Numbered from the stretch's first letter, positions 1-9,000 are shown. The stretch is DNA of 64,000 nt from a virus (IMGVR_UViG_3300037461_000409:34780-98779), one strand, 5' to 3'. Notes: generated from the letters alone by a model not told the origin. Made by a program: numbers and translations.

Positions 1-160
1 GCTCGGCCCCCAGCAACAGGGCCGCCCCAAACAGCTGCCACTCGCCGACGGTCATTATCACCAGCCCGCACAGGGCCAGCTGTCCCGGGGTCTCACCCGC
101 GCGGACACGCATGTGGACGTGGCCGCCCTTGGCCTCACTCTCGATTCTGATTGTCAGCAT
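1..160 (-). CDS. Hypothetical phage protein (partial, runs off window start)
   Basis: ATG at 160 after GGAGG SD, overlapping the stop of the upstream gene; open to position 1 (MLTIRIESEAKGGHVHMRV...). Confidence 0.6.
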   Translation of the reverse strand, partial: MLTIRIESEAKGGHVHMRVRAGETPGQLALCGLVIMTVGEWQLFGAALLLGAE

Positions 161-924
161 CCTACCTCCAACGACCGGGCAGTGCCCGGGTGTCGTGCGC
201 TGGGCCGGGGCCAGCGACTGTGGAAGACCCAGCGCCCCTTGGGCGGGGGCGCATGCTCGAAGTACCGTGACAACATGGTCGATGGGTTCCACCGGCCGTT
301 GGCCTGGTCGCGAACCGCACGGGCATCGGCAACTGTCACCTGCCCAAGCTCCAGGCAGCGCCGTTCGAGTAACACCGCCGCGACCGACCAGGGGGTCACC
401 CGCTCGGGGCTGGGTACGCCGGCGGGCACCTGCGGTACCACCATCGGCAGAGTCTCTGGCCTCCGCGTCTGCCAGCGGTACCAGCGCCACCAAATCGGCG
501 CTGGCCTGGCACCGTTCCAGCCGTAGGTCGTCGCGAGGTTCAGCGGCGGGTGGACGCCGCCGAGCCACGTCTGGTACTCGTTCTCGGGTGGTCGCGCGAC
601 CAGGAGTCGCAGGTGCTGGGCGACGAGGCAGAAGTGGGCGCGGTTGCCGCGGCGGGCATTCTCGGTTCGCCCGGGCCAACCGCCGACCAGGACCAGCCGA
701 TAGTGGGGGCCTCGGGCCAGGGCATTGCGCCTCCGGACGCTCAGGTAGGTGCCCATGTCGGGCATCGCCTGGATCATCCCCCATTGGTCGGCCTGGAGCT
801 TGGACTGGACACCTACCTGGACCTGGCCACGAACCATCAGGATGTCCCAGCCGGCGGTCTCGGGATAGGCGGTCCAGCCCGAGCAGGCGTCGATGAACTG
901 CTGGCAGAGGTCCGCCTCGGTCAT
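154..924 (-). CDS. Phage protein with N-terminal restriction-endonuclease-like (PD-(D/E)xK-like) fold
   Basis: MTEADLC...YPETAGWDILMV...VGVQSKL pattern; ATGA coupling at 921-924. Confidence 0.6.
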   Translation of the reverse strand: MTEADLCQQFIDACSGWTAYPETAGWDILMVRGQVQVGVQSKLQADQWGMIQAMPDMGTYLSVRRRNALARGPHYRLVLVGGWPGRTENARRGNRAHFCLVAQHLRLLVARPPENEYQTWLGGVHPPLNLATTYGWNGARPAPIWWRWYRWQTRRPETLPMVVPQVPAGVPSPERVTPWSVAAVLLERRCLELGQVTVADARAVRDQANGRWNPSTMLSRYFEHAPPPKGRWVFHSRWPRPSARHPGTARSLEVGC

Positions 925-1271
925 CGCCCGATCCATTGGCGCAACGGCCGACGGTGGCACAGCAGTCGCTGGCTCATCACCCAGTTGCCAGTGGGCTCGA
1001 TAATCTGGTCCCGCTCGGCTTCCTTCATCACCGCGCCCATCGCCCGGGGCTCCCGTGGGGCGATGGCCGTCAGCTGTGCCCACACGTCATCGGTCGTGAA
1101 TGCCAGATGTTTTCTGGCCAGAAACTCAACAACCGACCTGGCTTCGGTCATCCAATCGTCCGGCGCATGCTCTCCAACCTGCTCGATAGCCCGGTCCCTG
1201 AGATTCTTTCCCGCGACCGCGTCGAACAGCTCTGTCTGTTGCATGGTGGGCCCCCCTTTCTTGTTGCTCAC
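921..1271 (-). CDS. Conserved phage hypothetical protein (possible HTH-like)
   Basis: RDRAIEQV..HA...W...FTTDDVW...EPRAMGAV...W; alternative ATG start at 1244. Confidence 0.65.
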   Translation of the reverse strand: MSNKKGGPTMQQTELFDAVAGKNLRDRAIEQVGEHAPDDWMTEARSVVEFLARKHLAFTTDDVWAQLTAIAPREPRAMGAVMKEAERDQIIEPTGNWVMSQRLLCHRRPLRQWIGR

Positions 1272-1648
1272 AGGGTTCCCCCTCTCCGGAAGTCCGGCAC
1301 CGCCCGCTGGTCCACTCGCACAAACAGGTGAAGCACATTCGGATGGTGGTTCACCCACTCTCGCCGCGGGGGGAGCACCTGCACCGCGCAGCTGTCGGTG
1401 CCAAGGAAAATCTCCTTGACCGCTACCAGCTCATCCCACGTCGGCAGCCGCCCGCGGGCGCTCACGCTGACATGCCGCCAGCGGTTGCCATCGCGCTCAA
1501 GCGCCTCACTCAAGATCACGGCCAAGCCGTCGCGGTAGGTATAGCTGAAGGCGTCGCGACGCTGCCAATGGGGCGGCAGGATTGCCGGAGCTGCCGTTGG
1601 CTCGGTCGGTCCGCAATCCCAGTCAACGTGTGGGATGATTGGCAACAT
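1268..1648 (-). CDS. Conserved phage hypothetical protein
   Basis: WRHVSVS..RLPTWDEL..VKE.F...VNHHPNVLHL motif, common in phage early regions. Confidence 0.75.
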   Translation of the reverse strand: MLPIIPHVDWDCGPTEPTAAPAILPPHWQRRDAFSYTYRDGLAVILSEALERDGNRWRHVSVSARGRLPTWDELVAVKEIFLGTDSCAVQVLPPRREWVNHHPNVLHLFVRVDQRAVPDFRRGGTL

Positions 1649-1974
1649 CAGTGTACGACCTTCCCTGGCAACGACCCGCTCGCGTCCACGATCTCAGACA
1701 CGGGCACGATCTCCATCTTCATCCCCTCGGAGACCAGCCGCACGAGGTACTCGCGATGGGTTATGGACAAAAGAGCCGATCCCAACATATCCGACGCTGT
1801 CGGACCGGAGAAGTTGGCCCAGTTGATCAGCCCCACAAACGCGCCCATCAGCGCCGCAGCCGCTTGCGGCAGGGACAGGCCGCAGATCTGGAGCGTGACG
1901 ACCAGCGCACGGATCGCGGCCTCGATCTCGTTGCTGAACTCGAACTCGAACTTGGGATCGGCGTCATCAGCCAT
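1648..1974 (-). CDS. Hypothetical protein
   Basis: Coupled ORF starting MADDADPKFEF. Confidence 0.55.
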   Translation of the reverse strand: MADDADPKFEFEFSNEIEAAIRALVVTLQICGLSLPQAAAALMGAFVGLINWANFSGPTASDMLGSALLSITHREYLVRLVSEGMKMEIVPVSEIVDASGSLPGKVVH

Positions 1975-2170
1975 CGGCCCGGGCCTCCAGTCCGAAGACG
2001 ATGATCGACAGGCAGTGGAACTCGCGGTCCGAGCTCTGGAGCACTCGCGTGTCGACGATGCTACCTCCCCAGCTGCCGAGCCAGTCGGCCACCCGCTGCC
2101 CAAGCTGCTCGCGGTCTCTGGCCTTGGTCGCGCTGAATACCTTGATCGTGTCGTACTTTCCCATGTTCAT
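1967..2170 (-). CDS. Small protein of a family recalled from myxobacteria (KVFSATKA...QSSD.EFHCL)
   Basis: MNMGKYDTIKVFSATKARDREQLG...VLQSSDREFHCLSIIVF; ATGA overlap with helicase stop. Confidence 0.7.
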   Translation of the reverse strand: MNMGKYDTIKVFSATKARDREQLGQRVADWLGSWGGSIVDTRVLQSSDREFHCLSIIVFGLEARADG

Positions 2171-3843
2171 CCCTTCCTGTTGAATGCCCGTGTCAAGATC
2201 ATCGCCGCCTGGCCCTTGGTGATGGCCGGCGGGTGCGGTATCCGCATGCGCTTGAGCAACTCCAACTGCTTGTCCGTAGCCGGCCCGTTTCGCCAGGCTG
2301 CCCGGGTATCCAAGAGCTTCTTGCATTGGGGGTCTTGTTCCTCGGCCATGGCCTCGGCCTCCTTGAGCGCCCCGCGCAGGGTATCCATCGGCGGTCGATC
2401 CAGGGAGGCAGCCGGTGGTGCCAGGAACCGCACGCTCCACCGCCCGAGGCGATCCTGCCGCACTACCATCCGCCGGCGTTTGGTCATCGCCAGGACGTAC
2501 CCTTCGCCGTCTGTGGTCGGCGTCCACTGGAGCGTGGTCCAGCTCGACAACTCCGGCGGAACGTCTGCGGCGAAAAACTGGATCTCGGTCACGGCCAGCG
2601 CCAGGTTTTCCAAGGTCTCGATCTTCGACGTGTCGATCCAGGGGAATTTCTCCTCGAACAGCTGCAGCTGTTCCAGAACTCGCTCGGGGCGGTCCACTTT
2701 CCGCATGCGCGGAGGCAACCCGAACAGGGTGTTGAGCGTGATCAACTTGTGGCGCCCGGCCTGGCCAGTGAAGTCCAGCACCAGACAATCGGACTTGCCC
2801 GGAGACCGCCGAATACCGCGGCCAATCATTTGCATGTAGAGCAGGCTGGACTTGGTTGGACGGCACATGAGGATGCAGTCCACGCGCGGCTCGTCAAACC
2901 CCTCGGTCAGCACCATGCAGTTGGTGAGCACCTGCAGATCGCCGGCGGCGAACCTGGCCAGGATCTCCCGGCGCTCATCTCGCGGTGTGGCTCCGGTCAG
3001 CACCTCCGAGCTCCGGCCGACGGCCCTGAAGCTCGCGCACAGCTGCTCGGCATGTGCTACGTCGACGCAGAAGGCGACGGTGCGGGTCCGGTCTTGCGCC
3101 TGCTGGAGATAGCCGGCCAGCACCTCCCGATGGCGTTCCTCCTGGTTCACCACCTTCGCCAGCTCGGCCACCGCGAAGTCGCCAGCACGGGTGGACACCT
3201 CCGACAGGTCGATCCCGGTCTTGACCTGCAGACCCCTGATCGGGGCCAGCCACCCGTCGCGCATGGCCTGCAGCAGCGGGTAGTCGTAGGCGATCTCCTC
3301 GAACACCGCTCCCAGGCCCACCTGGTCGGCACGGTTAGGCGTGGCGGTCCATCCGATCAAGGGCATCGGAGCAACGCCTCCGGAAAGAAACCCCATATGT
3401 CCCAATACGTTGGTGAAGGTTTTGGCAGTAGAATGATGACACTCGTCGATGATCACCAGCCCGAAGTCCTCGGGGTTCAAGTCTGCCAGACGCCGTCCTT
3501 GCAACGTCTGGATGCTCGCGATCATCACCTGGGCGTCTCCGGCACGCCGGTCGGCCTGCTCGACACCCACCGTGAGGTCTGGGCTGATGGCCGCGATCTT
3601 GCGCGCGGCCTGGTCGAGCAGCTCCTCCCGGTGGGCGATGATCAGCGTGCGCTTGGCGGGAGCCAAGCGCGATGGCAGCTGGGCAAAGGTCACGGTCTTG
3701 CCCGTGCCAGTGGGCATGGCCACCAGTAGCCGATTCTTTCCCAGCCGCAGGTGCCGCTCTATCTCGGAGAGCGCCTGCTGCTGATAGGGTCGCAGCGTCA
3801 TCTCCCGAGCACCCACCTGGCCCAGCTGCACAACCTCGCCCAT
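2167..3843 (-). CDS. Superfamily 2 DEAD/DEAH-box helicase (IRC3/ResIII-like)
   Basis: Walker A MPTGTGKT, DECHH, TATP, LTEGFD, QMIGRGIR; C-terminal ATDKQ...ITKGQA motif. Confidence 0.93.
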   Translation of the reverse strand: MGEVVQLGQVGAREMTLRPYQQQALSEIERHLRLGKNRLLVAMPTGTGKTVTFAQLPSRLAPAKRTLIIAHREELLDQAARKIAAISPDLTVGVEQADRRAGDAQVMIASIQTLQGRRLADLNPEDFGLVIIDECHHSTAKTFTNVLGHMGFLSGGVAPMPLIGWTATPNRADQVGLGAVFEEIAYDYPLLQAMRDGWLAPIRGLQVKTGIDLSEVSTRAGDFAVAELAKVVNQEERHREVLAGYLQQAQDRTRTVAFCVDVAHAEQLCASFRAVGRSSEVLTGATPRDERREILARFAAGDLQVLTNCMVLTEGFDEPRVDCILMCRPTKSSLLYMQMIGRGIRRSPGKSDCLVLDFTGQAGRHKLITLNTLFGLPPRMRKVDRPERVLEQLQLFEEKFPWIDTSKIETLENLALAVTEIQFFAADVPPELSSWTTLQWTPTTDGEGYVLAMTKRRRMVVRQDRLGRWSVRFLAPPAASLDRPPMDTLRGALKEAEAMAEEQDPQCKKLLDTRAAWRNGPATDKQLELLKRMRIPHPPAITKGQAAMILTRAFNRKG

Positions 3844-3852
3844 CGGCCTCTC

Positions 3853-4047
3853 CTATCCTGCCACCGGCTCAGGTGGAGTCGCGCGCCGGATTCGCTGTTC
3901 CGGCGCGTAGTGGTAACCTCCGATGGCCAGAAGGACCTGATACAGGCGGATCCCGCAGCACTTGTAGATCGTAGCAGCCTGCCAGGTCTCTCCATCAAGC
4001 GACACCTCGACAACTTCTCCAGCTCCGAACGTGGTCAGCATGCCCAT
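3853..4047 (-). CDS. Small hypothetical protein (SH3-like)
   Basis: 64-aa ORF with GAGG SD, in operon. Confidence 0.55.
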   Translation of the reverse strand: MGMLTTFGAGEVVEVSLDGETWQAATIYKCCGIRLYQVLLAIGGYHYAPEQRIRRATPPEPVAG

Positions 4048-4052
4048 GGTTG

Positions 4053-4289
4053 CTACCTCGGGGGCCAGTGCCAGGTGTTGACCGCGGGATCGTCGCTGTA
4101 GCGCACGACCCCTGCCTGGCCGGTCACGGGATCAATCGGCTGCATCGGCGCGTCGTTGGCGTCGAGAAACAGGTGCAGACCCACCGCTCGCCCATCCTCC
4201 AGCACGCGGGTTACGATAGCGGGGCGCTCCTCGCCGTTGGGTAGAACATAGCGAACGATTCTTCCGGGGGTGATGTTCTGCGGCGTCAT
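4053..4289 (-). CDS. Small conserved phage protein
   Basis: GRIVRYVL...PAIVTRV...TWHWPPR motif. Confidence 0.75.
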   Translation of the reverse strand: MTPQNITPGRIVRYVLPNGEERPAIVTRVLEDGRAVGLHLFLDANDAPMQPIDPVTGQAGVVRYSDDPAVNTWHWPPR

Positions 4290-4591
4290 GGCCTGTCTCC
4301 TTTCGATATGGCCGGGTCGACCAGGCTCTCGCCCGAGAGCGTGACAGCCCAGCGGTCATAGTGTTCCAGTGACGCCCAGCTGACCAGCCGCCATCCGACG
4401 GCCTCGGCCCAGGCGATGTAGAGCTCCAGCAACTGCAACGGGGTGATGCTCCGGCGCGGTCGCCCAGCCGGCTGCTCGTAATCGAACTCGGGCAACCACG
4501 GAGCCAAGGCCGCGATCTCCTCCCTGTCGAAGGTGCAGGCCCAGTCGAACAGCTGCTGGTCGGTCAGGTTGATGATCCTCGTTTGCTTCAT
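4286..4591 (-). CDS. Hypothetical protein
   Basis: ATGA-coupled ORF starting MKQTRIINL. Confidence 0.6.
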   Translation of the reverse strand: MKQTRIINLTDQQLFDWACTFDREEIAALAPWLPEFDYEQPAGRPRRSITPLQLLELYIAWAEAVGWRLVSWASLEHYDRWAVTLSGESLVDPAISKGDRP

Positions 4592-4860
4592 CCTATCCTC
4601 TCTAGCCGGATCTCGAACGGCTGGCTGTTCTGCTCGAACCAGGCGGCGTACTCGGCTATGACCCGCTCGGACCACCAAGCGAGCGCAAGCAAGTCTTTGG
4701 CCCCTGTCCTACTGAGCAGGGGCATGGTCTGGTCGTACAGCAAACGGATCTCGTCATCCCGCCCCTGCGCACGAGGGTACTGGCGCAGTTCCCGCAGGCG
4801 GACGTGCCGCCGGTGCAGCTCGTCAACTCCCACCTGCAACACCTCGATCACCGGATGCAC
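4588..4860 (-). CDS. Hypothetical protein
   Basis: GTG-start ORF (MHPVIEVLQ...) filling the gap in the operon. Confidence 0.5.
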   Translation of the reverse strand: MHPVIEVLQVGVDELHRRHVRLRELRQYPRAQGRDDEIRLLYDQTMPLLSRTGAKDLLALAWWSERVIAEYAAWFEQNSQPFEIRLERIG

Positions 4861-5297
4861 CGCAGCTCCGCTTCCATGGCGCTGCAGGCCATGCCCAGGT
4901 CCGCGTGGATGTCCAGGTTGATACCCGTGGCTCGGAGGGCTCCGGCGAGAGCAGGGGCTGCCGAGGGAAAGGTGCCGGACACCCCCACCACCGGAGAACG
5001 CGCTCGATTGTTGCGGCACAGGCCCAGGAGATAGCCGAACTCCCACTCAGACCACGAGGGGCTGTCGATCCAGATCAGGGACGCATCGGCAACCTCGATC
5101 ATGGGCACAAGCCATCGCAGGAACACCTCCGGCTCGGCCCCCTCCGGCCATGCCCCGCAGACGATGCAGCCGGCGCGCGGCTCTAGTTCTTCGGCGGCCC
5201 GCAGCTGCCAGTTGCCGTAGCTACCCAGCAGGATCCCCATCGGCCTGGGGGTCTTGCCGTTGGGGCCCATCGGCGCGCTTGGAAACGTGACGATCAT
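4848..5297 (-). CDS. Nucleoside 2-deoxyribosyltransferase-like domain protein (divergent)
   Basis: ILLGS..NWQ...W..PMIEVADASLIWI...WEFGY...VVGV pattern resembles the NDT-like family. Confidence 0.5.
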   Translation of the reverse strand: MIVTFPSAPMGPNGKTPRPMGILLGSYGNWQLRAAEELEPRAGCIVCGAWPEGAEPEVFLRWLVPMIEVADASLIWIDSPSWSEWEFGYLLGLCRNNRARSPVVGVSGTFPSAAPALAGALRATGINLDIHADLGMACSAMEAELRCIR

Positions 5298-5601
5298 GCC
5301 GCACCTTCTGTCCTCGCCGGATGCGCTTGTCTTTACGCACGGCCTCTCGCCGGTCGTAGGCATCGCGCATGCGAACGCCCTCGCAAGTCAGTCGCGCAAA
5401 CCACACCGCCAGCTGCTCTCGGCTCTCGGCCCGGGTTCTGGTCTTCTGCCCACCTGCCCGCTCACAGAAAACCCGCCTAAACTCGGCCAGTCCACGCTTC
5501 TCCAGCCAAGTGCGACACCCGGACGGAATCTGGACAGCGGACCAGTAGATGCGGATCTGCCCAGATTGCACGTAACGGAGGGCGATGCCGTCGCGCCTCA
5601 T
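5221..5601 (-). CDS. Hypothetical basic protein
   Basis: ATGA-coupled to nuclease stop; 3' end overlaps next gene. Confidence 0.45.
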   Translation of the reverse strand: MRRDGIALRYVQSGQIRIYWSAVQIPSGCRTWLEKRGLAEFRRVFCERAGGQKTRTRAESREQLAVWFARLTCEGVRMRDAYDRREAVRKDKRIRRGQKVRHDRHVSKRADGPQRQDPQADGDPAG

Positions 5602-6944
5602 CTCCACTCCCAGCGTTCAACCCGCTTCTTGCGGATCAGCCCCAGCTCGCGCAGGCGGTCCAGAAACGCCCGCCGTCCATCGGGAGCTACGCCCTTGCCC
5701 TTGAGTCCGTCTTCGATGCCGCTCTTGGTGGTCTTGGCCGCGGCCAAAGCCGTCTTCTGGTCGGTCAGCTTCATCAGTTCAGCCAGGCACCCCGCGGCAT
5801 CCACGATCTCATCCCGGTCGCGCTGTTGTGGACCCCACGAGTGACCCGACACCGGGTCTGCCACAGATCCGTTCTCCAGGATCCATGCCTTGGCCGCGGC
5901 CATCCCGGCTTCGAGCCGCTCCTCCACCAATGGCACCGCCAGCAGGAACCGCAGCACCTGCTCGGGCGCGGTGAAGGTCCCCTCGACATAGGGAGCGATC
6001 TCGGCGGTGGAGATGTCGCGGCCATGATTGCGATAGGCCGTGCAGTGTTGACGTACGAGACAGGTGCGGCACTGGGCCCCGACGTTGAACGTGGCCCGCC
6101 CGGCCCAGGCGGTCTCGGCCTCGTCCTGGACGACCTTCTTGGCCAGCTCCAGCACCGTCCCCTCAAGCTCGATCACCTCCGCGCGCCGGTAGTAAACCAG
6201 ATAGCGTCGGACATCCACCCTTGCCAGGTTTAGCTCGGCGGCCGTACCCACGCCGTAGGCGATCATCTGGATGTCCTCGGCGATGTCCGGTAGCATACTC
6301 GGGTCGTTGTAGAACTTCCAGTCGGCCACCACCGCCCGGTCTCCCTGGACCTGCACCAGATCCCGCGTGCCAGTGACCAGTACCTCGCCAGCTTGGTACT
6401 GCATCGGCGCCTCGCATCGGGTGCTCATCGCCCCTGCCAGCGAGATCTTGCCCTCGGTGGCCAGGAAGCCCAGAAACTCGACGATCTCCTGGATGAAGCC
6501 CAGGCCGGCCTCCTGGGTTTCGAGGTACTGTCGCATGGCGGCCGAGCCCTGGGTGAAGGCCAGCTCCAGAGCCGCGTGTCCCAGGGTGCCGACACTGGTG
6601 TAGGATGTCGACGTATCGACATCGCGCCGCTTGAGCCGGGCCGACAGAAAAATCGATCCCGGGCAGGTGAGGCCGAGATTGAGCGCCGAAGCCCGGATGG
6701 TCGGGCCCTCGCGCTTGGGCTGCGCCGGAACCATCGCCACCTCGGCCCACGGCATGCCCGCGGACTCCAAAGCCACGTCGAGCTTGCTCAGGGTTCCCTG
6801 GCCAATCCCCATGCAAAGCTGCCAGAATTGCCTACCTCGCTTCCGGATCTCCTCCGCGTCGTTGACTGCGCCCTCTTTGGCTAGCACTTTCATGATCGAC
6901 GAGAGCGCGCGCCCCTTGATCCCGCACAGATCCTGCACCACCAC
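5598..6944 (-). CDS. Cas4/RecB-like PD-(D/E)xK exonuclease with N-terminal HhH (RNAP alpha-CTD-like) domain
   Basis: TGTRDLV...VADWK, QMIAYG, one N-terminal Cys (TCPGS) plus CRTC..QHC Fe-S-type cysteines; GTG start just after upstream stop. Confidence 0.8.
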   Translation of the reverse strand: MVVQDLCGIKGRALSSIMKVLAKEGAVNDAEEIRKRGRQFWQLCMGIGQGTLSKLDVALESAGMPWAEVAMVPAQPKREGPTIRASALNLGLTCPGSIFLSARLKRRDVDTSTSYTSVGTLGHAALELAFTQGSAAMRQYLETQEAGLGFIQEIVEFLGFLATEGKISLAGAMSTRCEAPMQYQAGEVLVTGTRDLVQVQGDRAVVADWKFYNDPSMLPDIAEDIQMIAYGVGTAAELNLARVDVRRYLVYYRRAEVIELEGTVLELAKKVVQDEAETAWAGRATFNVGAQCRTCLVRQHCTAYRNHGRDISTAEIAPYVEGTFTAPEQVLRFLLAVPLVEERLEAGMAAAKAWILENGSVADPVSGHSWGPQQRDRDEIVDAAGCLAELMKLTDQKTALAAAKTTKSGIEDGLKGKGVAPDGRRAFLDRLRELGLIRKKRVERWEWR

Positions 6945-6945
6945 G

Positions 6946-7833
6946 TCACACCCCCATCCCATCGTCGTCCAAGGGCGGGGGCTCGTCGCCGCTGGTGGCA
7001 GCCGGAGCGCCGCCCGGCAGCAGGGCAGCCTTTCCCTGCTCGACCGTCTCGAACTCATTGGCCGCCGTCGTCTGTCCATCCTCCAGCGCGGTGTAGATCG
7101 CGCGGATGTCCGCCACGTCCTCCTCGGACCAGTCGGGCGCCTTCTTTCCCACGCGCTGCTCAAGCATCTCGATGGTGACGCTGTACTTGGCAAACGCTTT
7201 CTTCACCTTCTCCACCGCCTTGTGGACGCCTCCCTCTTTCTTGACCCCCTGGGCGATGGCCTTCTTCGCCGCGTCCATCGCCATCTTGACCAGCCCCGCG
7301 GGCATGGCGTTGACGATGGCATTCCGCTGGGCCTTGGACTGGCCGACCTGGAAGTTGATGTCGATCACGCGATCCTCGTCCATGCGACCCATGCCCTTCG
7401 ACGGCTTCCTCTGGAGGTACTCACGCGCGAGGTTGAAGCCGGTCTCGTAGTCCACGAACTTGCCCCGGATGCGCCAGTGGCTGACGCTCTCGCCCACGGT
7501 GTCAGACGAGGCGAAGCAGTTGCCCCACGACCTCGCGAGGATCATCGCCATCTTGATCGACGGTCCCTCGATCTGCCCGCGGCTACCGTCCTTGTTCTTC
7601 GTCTGCCACGCATAGACCAGGCCCTCCGGGAACATCCCGCACTCCTGCTCGACCCGCTTGGCGACGAGCGGCAGATCCCGAGGTTGCTGGACGGACAGGG
7701 CCGTGACGTGGTCGGTCTGGACGGCCATCATGGTCGAGCCGGACATAATCGCTGCCTCGGATGCGGACTCGGGATGCGCCGACTGGATCGCTCCCTTGAA
7801 TCTGGACAGGGCCCTCTGGTTCTGGTTATCCAT
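6946..7833 (-). CDS. Putative single-strand annealing/recombination protein
   Basis: PRD...Y...IEGPSIKMA..LARSWGN motif; adjacent to exonuclease; acidic C-terminal tail. Confidence 0.65.
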   Translation of the reverse strand: MDNQNQRALSRFKGAIQSAHPESASEAAIMSGSTMMAVQTDHVTALSVQQPRDLPLVAKRVEQECGMFPEGLVYAWQTKNKDGSRGQIEGPSIKMAMILARSWGNCFASSDTVGESVSHWRIRGKFVDYETGFNLAREYLQRKPSKGMGRMDEDRVIDINFQVGQSKAQRNAIVNAMPAGLVKMAMDAAKKAIAQGVKKEGGVHKAVEKVKKAFAKYSVTIEMLEQRVGKKAPDWSEEDVADIRAIYTALEDGQTTAANEFETVEQGKAALLPGGAPAATSGDEPPPLDDDGMGV

Positions 7834-8050
7834 TGCGGTCTCCTTTTTCTTCGCCGCGGAAGCGCCCGAAGTGCGCTTTCAGCAGCAGCTGCGCGCCCCC
7901 TCCGACGCGGAGGGTAAGCGAGTAGTGATCCCACCGGATCAGTGCCCCGGTAATCTCGTCATGCTGGGAAAACGCGGTGATGGTTTTCCCGAGGTGCTCG
8001 CGAAACCAATCATCCTGGACCCGATTGGGGCCGGCCGCCGATTCACCCAT
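7826..8050 (-). CDS. Hfq/Sm-like RNA-binding protein
   Basis: VQDDWF...ITG.LIRWDHYSLTL....QLLLKAH follows the Hfq pattern LQDPFL...LQGQIESFDQFVILL...QMVYKHA. Confidence 0.6.
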   Translation of the reverse strand: MGESAAGPNRVQDDWFREHLGKTITAFSQHDEITGALIRWDHYSLTLRVGGGAQLLLKAHFGRFRGEEKGDRNG

Positions 8051-8510
8051 TGGCCGCCCCCTCTGCCAGTGCCACTTCCTCGGCACTCATCTCCTGAAGC
8101 ACCCACAGCAATCCAGTGCCCGAACAGGAGTTGCACTGCGGGTCTGGTCTGCGCTGGCCACCGTCCGTGCAGTCGCACGTCTCTTGCGCCGACGGCTCGC
8201 CCTTGCGCTCCCTAACTTCGTGGTAGCCGCAAAGCATCACCTGCACAGCCTGGAGATCCTCAAGCGACATCTGACAGACATGGGCCATCGGCAGCAGGAT
8301 GTATCCATCTTGTCCGGCTCGCTGGATCCGGCCGGTGACGGTGTCGTGCGGTGGCGCGGAACGCCCAAGGCGATCCAATAGCTCAAGCAACAGCGCCTGA
8401 TCGTCGGCCCCCATCTCCATCGCATCCGCGACGCGAACGACCAATGATCGGTGGGCTTTGGCCTCGAAGAACTTGCGCAGCCTGGCTGGATCGTCTATTC
8501 CGAGAAGCAT
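8043..8510 (-). CDS. Hypothetical protein with C-terminal Cys-rich (CxxCxGxG) Zn motif
   Basis: CDC...QCNSCSGTG; AGGAG SD. Confidence 0.65.
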   Translation of the reverse strand: MLLGIDDPARLRKFFEAKAHRSLVVRVADAMEMGADDQALLLELLDRLGRSAPPHDTVTGRIQRAGQDGYILLPMAHVCQMSLEDLQAVQVMLCGYHEVRERKGEPSAQETCDCTDGGQRRPDPQCNSCSGTGLLWVLQEMSAEEVALAEGAANG

Positions 8511-8529
8511 GGGCGGTCTCCTGAAGAAG

Positions 8530-8590
8530 AGAAAAAGTGGCCCGATCGCCGGAGACCACGCGCTGGACAGCGCTAGGATGCGATCGGGCT
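8530..8590 (-). terminator. Putative intrinsic terminator/structured RNA between lysis and early genes
   Basis: 10-bp inverted repeat 8540-8549/8580-8589 followed on the minus strand by a U-rich tract. Confidence 0.5.
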
Positions 8591-8622
8591 CGTTTGGCTC
8601 GCCAAGTGGACGGTGAGCCTAG

Positions 8623-9000
8623 CTATCGCTCACCGCCGAGGTCTCCCGGGGCCCGAGGGCCCATCCCGGCATCGGGCGTTAGCCTAAGTGGAATGCCGCT
8701 GTCAACTGCATTCTCGCAACGAGCCCGAACTTCAAGGATCCACGCCCGGAGAGCCGAGACGTTCTTGGCCAAGATCGCGGCATTGGGAGTGTCGTAGCAG
8801 ACCATCTTCTCCGGACATCCCATGGTCTGGCGCTTGACCGTCTCGATCAGCACCTTCGGTGGGAGCTTGCAGGGCACTTCCACCTTGACCACCGCTGCCG
8901 GCGGGCACGCTGGGCATGGGGCGAAGCACTCTCGCTTCGAGAGCCAGCAGCAACCAGAAAGCAGAACCGCGTGACACGTAACGATCAGCTTGGCGGTCAC
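8623..9000 (-). CDS. Outer-membrane spanin lipoprotein (Rz1-like)
   Basis: Lipobox LLSGC, Pro/Cys-rich, overlaps the i-spanin stop. Confidence 0.75.
   Translation of the reverse strand: MTAKLIVTCHAVLLSGCCWLSKRECFAPCPACPPAAVVKVEVPCKLPPKVLIETVKRQTMGCPEKMVCYDTPNAAILAKNVSALRAWILEVRARCENAVDSGIPLRLTPDAGMGPRAPGDLGGER

Noticed and set aside
5598-6944. Cas4-like nuclease as evidence of CRISPR-Cas
   Set aside because: No repeat-spacer array or other cas genes; the context is a phage exonuclease/annealase pair
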